Positions 51,349-64,000 are shown, counted from the first letter of the stretch. The stretch is DNA of 64,000 bases from Geosiphon pyriformis uo1 (GCA_016748015.1 JAAOMT010000760.1:1-64000), one strand, 5' to 3'. Made by a program: numbers and translations. Notes: generated by a model not told the origin, from the sequence alone.

Positions 51349-52187
51349 TGTTACAGAAAAGTTTTCTTGGTATATTTTATTTGTTAATATCTTATTTTAA
51401 TTGCAATCAGTCTCTTATGAGTTCCTCAATTTTATGTGTTGGATATTAATGATAATATATTAAGGTTTTTTTTTGATATTGTGATGTAAGTTTTCTCTTT
51501 AATTCTAGTTGTCTTTATATGTTGTATACTTCTTTTCAAAGGTTAATCTGAAATCTACCCATTGTTTGAGGTCTTTTTTGAGACTATCCTTGCAATTGCC
51601 TAATGTGTTTCTCTAATCTAGAAACACAGAATATTAATGGCTTTTTTACAATTTTTCTAAGTATATAATAAAGCTTTTTCAATTTAATTAGTAACTACAT
51701 GAATAATTTTGATTAGGAATTATTCTTCCAAAGAGTTCAAAGATGGAATAATAGTTTTATTCACTAGAAAGAGTATGTAAATTCTATTGTTAATCTCGTA
51801 ATTGTAATATTAATTCAATTTATTATTTTTATTAATTCTTTTTGAATAAGATTTTATTTAGATATTTGTTGCTTTGAGTTGAAGCTGTTCTATTTTTTAT
51901 CATTAAAAACTATTATATATATATATAATTATTGTTTTATAAAATAATGTCTTGTAATACTCTATTTCCATTATTTCTAAATAGTGCTTATTGCTATTGT
52001 GAAATAGTACTTGCTGCTTTTGCATAATAGTGCTTACTGCTATTGTAAAATAGTGCTTATTGTTATTGCATAATAGTACTTGCTGTTATTTGTAAATCAT
52101 TTTTTTTTTATAAATTGTTGCTGTTCTATTTTATGATTGGTTAATTTATATTATTTATAATTCCTATTAAATTCTTAAACTGTAACA
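51349..52187. mobile_element. Solo LTR, family A (839 bp), inserted in LINE ORF2
   Basis: Perfect 8-bp inverted ends TGTTACAG...CTGTAACA. Homologous to 11886-12739. Decayed TSD GTGT/ACAT. Five 23-bp tandem units at ~51980-52094. Confidence 0.9.
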
Positions 52188-55100
52188 ACATCTTACTAGA
52201 AAATAGTCAATTTTGAATTTTGATAAGGCTCACAAAGTTATGAATATAGTTCAATATAATAAAAAGCCAATAAATATTCTTAAGCATTTGTTAATGGTTC
52301 AGAAAAAGTACAGGAAGTCCAAGCTTTATAAATCAAAATTGGCTGAAAAAACATCTATTAAAAAGGCAATTGACAGGTACATAAAAAGCTTTTATTTGAA
52401 TAAAGAAAGCATGATAAAGAGTGTTTTAGATAAGTCTTTTTGCAAGATAGTTTTAGATTATTTAGTGGTAAATTATGAATTGGTTTTGAAGCCAAAGAAA
52501 GTGAAGCAGAGTATTGATAGAATTATGAAGGGTTGGACAAAAGAACAGAGAGTGTCTTTAGTATTGCTGAATCTCTGAGTTCAATAATATATACCATTAA
52601 ATTATGTGAAAGATAGTGTTTTTTTTAGTGTAATGTGCTCTATTAGTATGAGTAATTTGCTTTTGGTTGTCAATAGTTTACTTGATGGCAAAGCTACTGG
52701 ACTGTCTGATATTCCTAATAAATTGTGAAAACATAGTAGTAATAGAGTTTTGGAGTGGTTTTTGATGTTGTTAAATACATATTTGGCTGTTAATAGTGTT
52801 TCTGCTTTGTAAAAAAAGGCATAAATTTTGATGATTTCTAAATTTTATGACTGAGATGGGGTTTTTATGAACACTCAATCCATAGCTTTGATTGAGACTA
52901 TTAGGAAAATTTTTTCTAAAGTTCTGTTTGATCATATTTCATTTATATATAGCAAGTTTGGTGTTTTTTGTAGTGACAACTTTTCAATATTAAAAAGTAC
53001 ATTCACATAGTCTTCTGTATTTGCTGTTGGATTGGTAATTAAAGATGCTTTTAAGAAAAATAGAGAACTTTGGTTAGTCTTACAAGATATGCATAAAGTA
53101 TACAATTCTGTTAGGTGGTTTCACTTAGAAGCTAGTTTGCAGCAGATCAAAATATATAATAGGTTCATAAGATTTTTTGGCAGTATATATGGAAATAGAA
53201 TTAACAGAGTAATAACTACTTTTGGTTTGTTAAATAACTATAAAATACATAATAATTTGGATCAAGATGAAGTCTTTTTGCCTCTTCTTTGAAGAATCTT
53301 CTATGATCTACTTTTGTGTAAGGTTAAAAGACATGAACAGTTGTATAGATACTAAATTGATACTAAGTTTGTTTCAAAAATAAGCAGAATTAAGAGTAGT
53401 GATAGGATAACTTTTTATTTTGCTATTGGCGCATTTGTTGATAACACAATTTGGGTCAAAAACTGTCAGGCTGCTACTCAATATGCTTTGAACATTGTCA
53501 GTAAGTTCTTTAATATCAATGATATTTCTATTAACAATGAAAAAATAGTGGCTATTTTCATTAATCAGGGGGTTAAAATTGCTTTTTTGAATATTAGTAA
53601 TCAGCCAATTTCAATTGCCAAAAAAACAAAGCACATTATTATCTGAGAATTTTTTTGTCTATTAAAGAATTATCTAAGCCAAGTGTTTCCAAAACTTACT
53701 CTGATGTTTAGTTTTTTGTTAATGTTGTTTTTAAGAAAGTTATTACAGATAAAAAATTCTCATATTTGGTATCAGCTGTCTTGCAGTTTATAATTAGCTA
53801 CTGGACTAAGTTCAGTTTTGTCTTAGCTAACATATATTACAAATAGGATGCCATGATTAAGAAGAATCTCAAACTTAAGACATGTCTGCTCTGTAATTTT
53901 TCTGATACAGCTTTATATCATCTCTTTTTGTATAGTTTAAAATCTTTTGAGCAGATGCAATCTAAAGAGAAAGTGAATTCTTTGGTGTTCTTTTCTAATG
54001 TACTGGACATTCTTGGATGATTATTTAATTATAAATTTTTGGACTTGCAGATTTTGAAGTGGGCTTCTTTGGATTCTTTGCAATTTTCTGTTAAGTTGCA
54101 CATTAATCTGGTAAACAATTTTTTGGCTGAAATAGTAAAAATTTTTTTGAACAGTGAGCTTTCTTTAGTAAACAATCTTCCCAATGCTTTTCATAGTTCT
54201 GGTTAATTTCTAATATCACTAATTTTTAGAAAAGCTTTGTACTTTGATTCCATTTATTCTCTAAAACATTTTGGGTTTGTTTTTAGCAATCAATTTATTG
54301 ATAAGAAGAGCAGTGTGTTGGATTAAAAAACTTTTCATTATTGGAAGAGACTGGATTCACAAGGCCCTGTTTCTTGTTGGTTTAGGGTTATGTTTAAGTT
54401 TTTGCTAAGTCAAGTTTTGTTTCTATTTAACTGTGCTAACTTTGCTTAGTCACATGGTTTAAATATTCTGAAGTCTGACAAGCTGTCTACTATGAAAGAT
54501 AGTCCTTATCTGGTTTGGTCTGATTCTTTTAAAGTATATACAGATGGTTTATTAAGAGGTGCTGGCTTTGTTGATGTTGTTAGTGATACAGCTGCATACT
54601 TTTTAGTCTTAAATATGAGTGTTGGTATTGCTGTTCATGGTTTTTTGTCTTCTACTATAGTCGAGTTACAAGCTATTGCTTTATTCTTGAAGTGTGTTTT
54701 ATTTTCTAGTACAATAGTATTATACTTCAACAACCAAGCTGCTATTAATGCATGTGTATCAGAATTGTCATTTGTTGTGCCTGATTTTTATAACCAGTAT
54801 TGGATTAAAAGATGACATATTTTCAATTTAATTAGGAATAAAGATCTTATTGTGAATTGGATCAAGATTAAAAGCTATTTTGGAATTGCTGGTATTGTGA
54901 AGGCTAATTTTGCAGCTGAAGTGGCTGTACAGTCTTCTTTTTTTTTACTGGTTAATGTGCAAAAGCATTTTTTGGTGGCTGATAATACAGCTGTGTTTAG
55001 CAGTGCTCATTATTTTGTTAAGAATATATTTGGTCTATTTGTTATACTCATTGGGAAGCTGGTTTTGGCTGTAGTGTAGTTCTAAATATGTTGATTAATT

Positions 55101-55989
55101 GTGTAGACTGGGTTCTTACTACAAAGATGTGGCACCCCAATTCTTATATGCTTGTTAAATTTATTAGCTGTAAATTTTCCAATTTGTACATGTATTTGAT
55201 GAAAGCCATGCATAAATGACTACCAGTGATGGTTAGAAAAAAGTTGTATGATAAAAATTACTCTGGTATACTGTATTTGTTGTGTAGTGAAGTGGAGTTT
55301 TCAAATCATGTTTTCACTTGTGCTTAGGATGTTGTTGTTTGTGATAAAATTTTGGTTAAAACTTTTGTACAGTAAACTGCTTTGACTAGTGTTCATGATT
55401 TGTCTTTTTCTGCCATTTTGTGGGTTGTTTCTCAATGTTTCTTGGATGTTAGCTTGTATACTGTAGTGTGTAAGAGGTTTGTATTAAAGGAGTAATACAA
55501 GAAGGCTTTTGGTATTTTTGAGGATAGAAAGAAGGCTGCTGTTAGAATTGTTGAATATGTAAGATTTGTTGTAGAATTGTATCATGCTAAGACATAGTTA
55601 GTAAAGTCTAAGCATAGGGTAAGAATGAAGAAGATTGGTTTGGCTTATAATAGTAGTGTGGTTTCTGGGCTGTCTTATGGTGTGTTTTTAATATTGTCTA
55701 ATAGAGTAGTTAAGTTGCTTGGTATTGTTGAGTTTTTTGCTGTTAGCTTTGGCTGTCACAAGCTGTGTTATTTTTTTTCTGGTTTGAATAGTAATGTATA
55801 AGTTAAAATAGGTTGTAATGTTGCCTTGTCTGGCTTGAATGGCTAATCACATATAGTAAGTGTGTGAACCGCATTTAGTTTGGGTCACTTAATTTGACTC
55901 TATGTACTATATAGTGATTGGACTTCATTTATTAAATGCCTAAATAAAAATAAAAAAATAATATAAATTTTTTTGTTAATTGATAAAAA

Positions 55990-56500
55990 TCAATTTAATA
56001 CAAAAATAAAAAGTTAATTTTTTTTTTGAAAATTCAAATCAAGAATTTTGGCAAATTAATATCTAATTAATTTAAAAACGGAAAAAAAATATTATAAACT
56101 CTTTTTAAATTATGATAAAATAAATAATAAAAATATATTAGAATTGGTTTGAAAAAATTTATTTAAAAAAGTGTAAAATATAAATTATTTTATTGGTAAG
56201 TTGAATTCAAAAAAATTATTTTTTGTACAGTTATAAAAAGTTTTGTTTATATATTTTTAAAAAGAGACAACTGATCAGGTCAATGATTAAACTAATAATT
56301 CAAATTAATAATTAAGTCAATACTCAAGTTAATAAATAAGTCATTAATCAAATCAATGATCAAATTAACAATTAATTCTAAAAATTAATTGGCTAATATG
56401 TATGACATAAATGGTTAACACATGTGACTAAATATAATTAAATAATTAATAAAACTAAAAAATTAAAATACAACAATATTTCAGCCTTTAAACTATAAGT
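55990..56500 (-). mobile_element. Partial LTR, family B, inverted orientation
   Basis: Reverse complement of ~56280-56500 (TTATAGTTT..TTTTATTAATTATTTAATTATATTTAGTCAC..CATACATATTAGCCA..) matches 37434-37630. The left boundary is uncertain. Confidence 0.6.
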
Positions 56501-59073
56501 AATAAATTAATAATAAATGATAAAAAATGAAACAATTCATGATTTGTTTTTTTTCCTAATATAAAATTATTTTTAAATTAAATATTTCTTAATTTAATTA
56601 ATTTCTTTAAAGACTAATTTTGAACCTTTTACATTCAAAAAATATTTAAATTGACAATATTATGTCAAGAAAAATGAAAAATTAGGCTTATGCATTTTTA
56701 ATTTTAAGCAAGTTTTTACGATTAATTGATATCATCTCTATGGTAGAAAATGATACAAATATTCCAAATAAATAAATAAATTATATTGCTAGCCATTGAT
56801 TAGAACAATAATTGGTAAAATCAGACTAGTAATTTTAATAATAAAAAAAGTTATTTGAAAATCTGGTTCAAGTTAGAAGCCAATTATACCAAGAACTTTT
56901 TTAGGTCAACAAGTCTTGGCTTTTCCCACTCAAAAATTTTAATTTATTCCGTATCAATAGAACTACACCGCAGGTTTAGATCAGTTGATCTTTCGATTAT
57001 TCGAAAAAGTCTCAAGCTTTCAATATTCATGTCAAGTCATCCACCTTTATATCTTTTATAAAGTCATGCAATTTTGTCAACATAAGATGAATGGGAATTA
57101 TTTCGACCTTATATTTTGAGTCATTAAAAATCTACCATAAATATATTTTTAGGAAGAGAATTCAAGGAATAAATATAATAAAAAATAGATTTAGTTACCT
57201 AGAAAATATGCGGGAAATTTTTTTCAAAGATATTAAAAGCTCTTACTGCAGTTAAAGAAAGGTAGTATTCAGCATCTTAAAATTCTTTTTATTTAATTTA
57301 GTGGGAAAGAACTTGGCAAAATACGGTAACTGAATTCAAAGAATGAATCGATTCAATTGAAAAACTCGTACTTAGCTAACCTGCAGTGACCTTGAGGATC
57401 AGTAAGGAGTTTTAATCAGTTGCCAAGAAAATCAGAGCTTTCGACACATTGACGTTTTCAATTTGCCAGCAATTTAAAGGGCTTTGCTTCATCAATATTT
57501 AGTTAAATAAATAAATAAATAAATTATCTGATTTGGGTTAGCTTTAATTTTTTAAAGGATATAAATGGTGTCCTTTATTAGGAATATAACAGAGCTGAAT
57601 CAATTTAATTCTTGTCCCTCGTTAAAAATGCAGGATTAAAAATTGTTGGGTCCGATTGTTTCATAAAAGGTTTGCTATATTAATATAATCGAATTAAAAA
57701 ATCAATACTAGTCTATAAATGAATCAATTAATTCCTCGACATTTTTTCTTGGATCTTTACTTTTTTATCTCTTGTGTTCATGGTTCATTTTTTTTTGTAT
57801 ACTAAAGTAAAAATAACTGTCATCTTTTACTTTTCTGTGCTTTGAATTGCATCCTGTTACTATTCTATGGGAAAAATAAATTTATTCTAATCCAGAATTT
57901 TTCAGGATTTTACATTTAATGTTTTGGCATAAAGTTCATAAAAATTTTATTATAAATAGTAATTTAGTTTTAATATAAAATCACTAGGCAGTTTAAAAAT
58001 AATGCTTTTATTTATATTAATTATATTAATTAATCTGCCTGAAAGGTCAAAAAAAAATTTTTTTACTGAAAATATCAATTAATAAGAACAAGTTTTCAAA
58101 AGAAGAAAAAAAGAATTATCAAAAATTGAGCAAGTATTTTGTGAAATATAAGTTATTTGGGATTGAATTGATGATTAAATTATTCTGTTTTAGAAAAAAG
58201 AAAGAAGAATATTACTTTTTTTTTACTTATTATCAATATATAAAAAACCTTGATAAAGTCAAGAGTTCTTGGTAACATATTTTTATTTTAATCATCTTTG
58301 TTTCTATTAAAAACCAAAATCAAATATAAATGAAAAATTTAAAGATCTCAATAAATTATTTTATTTTATTTTTATCATATTAATAAAATTCCAAAAATTA
58401 TTGACTTCTTTTTTCTTTGTTTCATATAAAAATTGCTTCAATCCTAGAATTTTCAGATTTTGCTATAAAAAAATCTTTTCTTAAACTTTTCATAAAAAAT
58501 TTTCTGAAATAGAAAACGTTTAACAAATTTGATTTGAAGAAGCTACTTCTTAGAACTCAGAATTCACTTTTGAGAAAATCCCAATTCCTTAATTTTGAAA
58601 CTAAATTTTAAGTATTCAATAATGCATAGAAATTTTTTTTTCTCCACTAACAATCGATCGGAATTTTAAAAATATCTATTTTAAGATGTTCTAAAACACG
58701 CTTAAAATAAAACTCCGCAGTTACTTGATCGGTAAACTTATGCAAAAGTATATAACATTTTATTTTTAGAAAAAAATTTATAAATGGGGAAATATATGGT
58801 TAACACGAAAGAAGAAAAGGGAATATGATGACAGAAATATTTACAAATTTTCTAACTATTAATTGCTTAAATTTTTTTAAGGTTCGGCAGCAATCGGGAT
58901 ATAATTATCAATATGACTCATGCTGAATGATTTTTGTGATGCTGCCAAAACCATTCTATAAAAGGGGCTTATTATGACACACGTTATAGGGGGTGAGGGG
59001 AATTATTTATCATGAAATTTTCTGACTCATTTTTCTTCAAAATGAGTGAATGAGTGAGTGATTAAAGAGTTAA

Positions 59074-60293
59074 TTAAAAAAATAGGGAGAAAAAATTGGC
59101 AGCTAACTCATTATCAACATGTTCTTCCTTTGAAAGAACTGGTGAGCTGATCAATTTCTCGTTAATAACAGGAGTAATATTAAGAGGAGTACGAGCAGGA
59201 CGATGCCTAGGTGGCAAGATTTTAGATTTAACCAAATAGTTTAATGGATCTAAATGTAAATTTATTACATCACCCACCAATTCTTTTGGTAAAATCAATT
59301 CAAAAGGTAAGACTTTTGATCTAAAATCATCGAAAGGAATGTTGAATAAACGAATAAATGACACAAAAGGTATTAAAGTTTTCCTTAAAGCATAAAAATC
59401 TTGAGGGGTCCACAGGAACGAATTAGCTTTAATATTTGGAGTATGAGCAATACCCCATTCAATTAAACGCATCCAGATGCGTATTTCATTTACGGCCAAA
59501 TCGTCACGTGGTAAAAGGGAAATTAAAACTTCGGGGTCTAGTAAGTGAAAGTCATTTGCCATAAATATTGTTTCAGGAAAATTACTAATTATTTGATCAC
59601 AAAATAGTTGTAACCGTTTAAAACCTTCGTGTTGTTGAGCGATTTTTTTGGTTTGAGCAAAATTTTGTAAGAGCCAGACGGATTTTTTCTGAATTAGATA
59701 TAGTTGTAAATCTTGGCAAGCATTTTGCAAACCAAGATCATAAGCGGCTACGAGAAGGTTCATAATTTCGTTGTTGTCATCCGTATCTAAACAAATTATG
59801 CCATTATACATGTATCTTTTTGAATGAAATGAAAAAAAAAGGGGAAACGGAAAGGGAAAGGGAAAAAGAAAGGGAAAGGGAAAGGTAAAGGGAAAGGGAA
59901 AGGGAAAGGGAAAGGGAAAGGGAAAGGGAAAGGGAAAGGGAAAGGGAAAGGGAAAGGGAAAGGGAAAGGGAAAGGGAAAGGGAAAGGGAAAGGGAAAGGG
60001 AAAGGAATGAAAAAGAAAAGAAACTATCAATATTTTTAAAAGATCGAATCTAACTGAGGAAAAATAAAACTTTTAAATACTTACTTTAAAAGTGTTTCCA
60101 TAATATTCGGCGGAATGAAAGGTATTTTAATGATTATTTTATCAAGGTTAGTCACAGACAATGCTGCAATTTCAACTTGAAAATAGGGTGAATTAACATT
60201 CAAAACCAGTGAATGCGCTGGAAAAGCTTTCAAGTTTGGATATTTTCCAGCCTCAATTATGACATCAAATTGTTGATGTATCTTCCCAAACAT
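59074..60293 (-). CDS. BTB/POZ-BACK domain protein; exons 60293-60085 and 59815-59074 (a short further exon near 59034-59010 is possible)
   Basis: BTB: FDVIIEAG..FPAHSLVLNVNSPYF..METLLK|YMYNG. BACK: LISLLPRDDLAVNEIRIWMRLIEWG..ILPPR. GTAAGT donor at 60084 and AG acceptor at 59817-59816, in the same phase-2 position as the intron in the other BTB gene. Confidence 0.88.
59841..60005 (+). repeat. (GGGAAA)n hexanucleotide microsatellite inside the BTB-BACK intron
   Basis: Direct reading. It produces the spurious FPFPFP N-terminus of ORF 59074-60030. Confidence 0.95.
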
Positions 60294-60813
60294 TTTTTTT
60301 AGAGTTATTTTTTTTTAATTCGAATTTTCTTTTGAATCGACTAAAACTTTAATCTGCTTGGGATTAATAATTTTGGCAATCATCAAGTGGTGTCGCTTTT
60401 ATTTATTTATTTTTTTAATTAACTTGGCAATATATTTTTTGCTTGCTGTACCTCCTCGTATGCACGGAAGGGTGTCAAAGGAAACTTAAATTTATGATTG
60501 AGGCATTAATTAACCATTTACTAAGACTAAAAATGAAAATCTTGGTATTTTATCAATATATAAGAGATATATTAAAGAGCACAAACAATGCCTTGCCCAA
60601 AATTAGTTATCTTTAAATTTAGTGCACATATAAGAGACGCCTTGTTTATCATCGGGAAATTTTCGCTTGCATAATTTTTCTTAGGTGTAATTCACCAGTT
60701 TTCCGATATTCCCCATGCAGCCGCCCTCTCCGAGAATTTTGTTTACCCATTCCCTTTGCTTTATGATTTTTGTGGTACTCACTACAAAATTTAAGGTTGT
60801 AACATAGATTGAT

Positions 60814-60868
60814 GGTGGCTAATGAAATTGTGGCTAATAAAAATGTGGCTAATGTAACTGTGGCTAAA
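60814..60868. repeat. Four GTGGCTAA motifs at 15-bp spacing
   Basis: GTGGCTAATGAAATT GTGGCTAATAAAAAT GTGGCTAATGTAACT GTGGCTAAAA. Confidence 0.8.
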
Positions 60869-61405
60869 ATATTTATCCTTGGAGTAGAGGTTCCGACAAA
60901 TAAATTAAGGTTTTTAGAAAAGAAGAAAATCTTGTTTGTTCTCAACTGGACGATGAAGTTTGTGTAGGGCGAAAGGGCAGGACATGCCCACCATACTGAA
61001 TCTAGAACTGAACTTTTCAGTAGTGGATAAAAAAATATTCTTCCAATTGTTTTAACCCATTGTTTGCGAAATTTATTGAACAAAGAATTATCTTTGGAAT
61101 TTTTTTTTTGAATGTGCAAAAGGCATGTTCTAAAATTGTACATATATAATTTGAATTTATATAATCATTTTTTTGTGAATTATAAAAAAAATTTTGATTC
61201 TTCAAATGTCTCAGCTCTATGATCAAACACGCGAAATTTCTTTTTTAAAAATTTATTATTAGACAAAGAAAATTTCTTAATATATCTCATAATGTAGGTT
61301 AAAATTTTTTTGCATGGAAACAAAGAAACTCAAGAAACTTCCCAAGCACATAATGTAATAATGTTTAAAAAGACCCAACCGTGATAAATTGAATTCTTGA
61401 AGACT

Positions 61406-61407
<2 letters not shown>

Positions 61408-61480
<73 letters not shown>
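61408..61480. repeat. (TAA)n microsatellite
   Basis: Direct reading. It produces the poly-Leu ORF 61330-61530. Confidence 0.95.
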
Positions 61481-64000
61481 CTTGAAATAGAATGATCATC
61501 AAACCTAAAATGGTAGTCAACGAAGACCAATCAAATAAGACTTCAAAGGATTTTTGATTCTGATCTTAGTTTTGTAGCCACCTTGGAAAAAAAAAAACCG
61601 GCTTTTACAATTGTCCTTAAAAATTTAGACTTCAAAAGTTTTAATTTTTTTTATGAATATAGAATTTTGTGAATATCGATTCTAATTAGTAAAATTAATG
61701 AGTAAAAATCTTGTATTTCGCTTTTTACAAAAATTAATTGAGAAAAAATTATCCTTCCCCAATACCCATTAATAAGATTAAAGGTTCTTCTTGGAAGTTT
61801 AGAAAGAATTTTGAACTTTTACGAAACGTGATTTCTCAAACATATTTAAAAGCAATTTATATTATTTAATTAAAGTTAATATGATGGAATTTTTCATATA
61901 TTGTTAATAACCTTTAAAGAAATTAGGAATTGAATATATACTATATATATATATGTATATTCAAATTGATTAAAAACTTATACCTGGAACTAGCGGGAAA
62001 ACAATAGAACCTAAATTTCTCCATCAGGAATTCTGAGTCTATAATTTGCATACTTGTAATACTAAACTAATCCTCGAACTATTTTTTTGATCAAATGACA
62101 TCATTTTGGCACTAATCTTATTTGTGTCACCATTTAGCCACTCGCAGTAAGTTGGCTGGGTTACCAAAAAGGATATTTCAAACGATTAATTAAATGGAAA
62201 GTTAGATACTTATTAAATACTTGATCTAAAAAAGTAAAATTTCATATTTTGTCTTTGAGCTAAATAATTCGGTATTATTAATTACCTGCCAAATTAGTGA
62301 CATCTATTTATTTATTTATAGATTCTTTTCGAAACATATTGGTTTGCAAGTTTTCATGACTAACTTTAAAATGCTAATTATGGGATATTTTAAATTAGAT
62401 TTCCAAATTATAAAAGTGCATGACTTGACTTTTTAAGTCGTACGGCTAGTTGAGAGCTCCTAATTACCAAATTTTTAAAAAATATCACAAATTTTTTGAT
62501 TATGAAAGTTTATGAAAAGGGTCATCTCATCTATTTGTTTGAGCCATTTACGCTATTTCTTTTTAACCCACTTATTAAAATTTATTTTGATTGCCCTTGA
62601 ATATTGTAAAGAAAAACTAAAGAAATTAAAAGATTTAATTTTAGCATGATCCGTATCATTTTCGATGTTTGTCGTGACAAAATAAAATTAAACTAATGTT
62701 TAGGGCAGATTTTCTTTGAGTGTTACGAGCTGTAAAGAATATAGCGGGTATGGTTCATCGTCAAGTGACGTATAAAAGACGTTGAAACCGTGTTATTTGA
62801 TGAATCTATGTCTTAAACACGTGAAAACTGTTCAAATGGTAACCTGGGTATTTGGCAAAAAGTAAGAAGGAATGAGCGTCATATATCATGAGTGTTTTCT
62901 GGTATGATATCTAGATTGCCGCAGTAATATGAATGAAGTCACTAACATAAAACATGAATTGAAATCTAAATACAGCTTAGGGGCTTCTTCATTCGTCAAT
63001 TTTATTCTCATATTTCTAAAACGGAATTTTATTTATTACTGGCTCGACTAAAAAAAGGTCATTGAAAAAGTATATGTCACCTAAACCTTTTTCAAAGGCA
63101 AAAATTAAAAACATTTATTTAATACTACTGAGCAACTGAATAGTTATTTTTACCATTACTTTTATTATTAATGTACTGCACTAATTTTATTAGGTATGGC
63201 TAGAAAGCCTTCTTCACGTGTAAGATCCTGAATTTTTTTTTTTATTGCCAAAGATCAACAAATTTACATTCTATATTTCTATGAGAAATATCCCACAGAA
63301 ACAAAAGCATTGTCATAAAGCATGAACAGCTGTTTCGTGGTTAGTCAAAAAAGATATCTGACCCCAAAGAGTGAAATATTCACCATTCTTTGATGTCTAT
63401 AGTTCTACTGTATATAATATAAACAACAACTTATTGTCTCAAAGAAAAAGGCTGAATTTAAAATAAAAGTATGAAGCGTCTTTGGTGTAATAGATGATTT
63501 TAATAATTTTCATGAGAAGAGCAGAGTTGAATTCATATTGAGTTATGTATAAGAGAATCGAGTATTTGGAAGAGTGAGAAATATATCTAGTACTAACAGA
63601 TAGAATACTTCCAAGTAAAGGTCATATGATTACTAGAAAAAATCAAGGCTTATTAGCCAAAATGTATATCTTTGGGGAAAGAACTTAATTTGCCCAATTT
63701 AGCTAATAAAGTTTTAATCCAAGTTAACCATATCGAGAGCGAAATAGATGAATTATAACAAGAAACCACCCAAAAACTAAAAATGTAAATAAAATCCAAA
63801 GATTTATACGATTCATCTTTCACCGTTTCCCTTATAAGGCAATAGATTTAAAACATACTAGATCGGATGATGGTGGATTGCTCGGAAGTCAATATTATAG
63901 GAAGTCCTGCCAGAACTGATTTATTGATCTATAAATTAAAGATTCTAATCGATGGGGGGTTATTCCCGTTTCTTTGATCATGACGTAGATATTACAAATC

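Larger units (their letters stand above)
38598..55960 (+). mobile_element. Degenerate full-length LINE (non-LTR retrotransposon) with RNase H, split by two LTR insertions
   Basis: ORF1 ~38598-40577 with CCHC-like CCVCYKQFGHVFVDC. ORF2 APE start WRFATYNVQSINVPAKQ (~40585), resuming at 50474 (SSLEKG..GAGIAIII). RT LQDMHKVYNSV, DQDEVFLPLL, AFVDNTIW. RNase H VYTDGLL..VELQAIAL..WIKIKSY (54490-54920). C-terminal LLCSEVEFSNHVFTC (~55275-55322). A-rich tail at ~55942-55960. Confidence 0.88.

Noticed and set aside
38657-55079. The many 60-170 aa ORFs as separate host genes
   Set aside because: They are stop-delimited fragments of LINE and gypsy reading frames, or their antisense shadows.
59841-60005. 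Interstitial telomere
   Set aside because: The unit is AAAGGG rather than TTAGGG, and it lies inside an intron.
59816-60030. FPFPFP low-complexity N-terminus of ORF 59074-60030
   Set aside because: It is the translation of an intronic TTTCCC microsatellite; splicing to the upstream BTB exon gives a normal protein.
61330-61530. Poly-Leu membrane peptide ORF
   Set aside because: Product of a (TAA)n microsatellite read on the minus strand.
1-64000. tRNA, rRNA or horizontally acquired bacterial genes
   Set aside because: No cloverleaf, rRNA-like segment or long intronless bacterial-type ORF was recognised; tRNAscan-SE and Infernal would be needed to exclude small RNAs.

Overview
Very AT-rich eukaryotic DNA with spliceosomal introns, most likely a Glomeromycotina fungus (Geosiphon/Ambispora-like). 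This is inferred from BTB-BACK(-TLDc) genes, a secreted class-3 lipase-like gene, an RNase H-bearing LINE and a dUTPase-bearing Ty3/gypsy; no search was run. Only three host genes are well supported: a lipase-3-like gene lacking the catalytic Ser (minus, 17893-19423), a BTB-BACK-TLDc gene (plus, 29885-31439; its 3' part is repeated exactly across a 20-N gap, probably an assembly artefact) and a BTB-BACK gene (minus, 59074-60293). About half the window is nested, dead transposons. A LINE (~38600-55960) carries a full-length Ty3/gypsy (40764-50473) and a solo LTR (51349-52187). An older Ty3/gypsy (~10200-15850) carries a solo LTR of the same family (11886-12739). There are also three copies of a second LTR family, Tc1 and pogo remnants, a pogo-derived MITE and a near-perfect 51-bp minisatellite. 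The main candidate for an undescribed system is repeat-restricted C-to-T/G-to-A hypermutation that is not confined to CpG (RIP-like). Other leads are LTR target-site duplications that reconstruct to CpG-centred sites, a likely GA-AG intron and Ser-less active site in the lipase-like gene, and uncharacterised accessory domains in the gypsy element.
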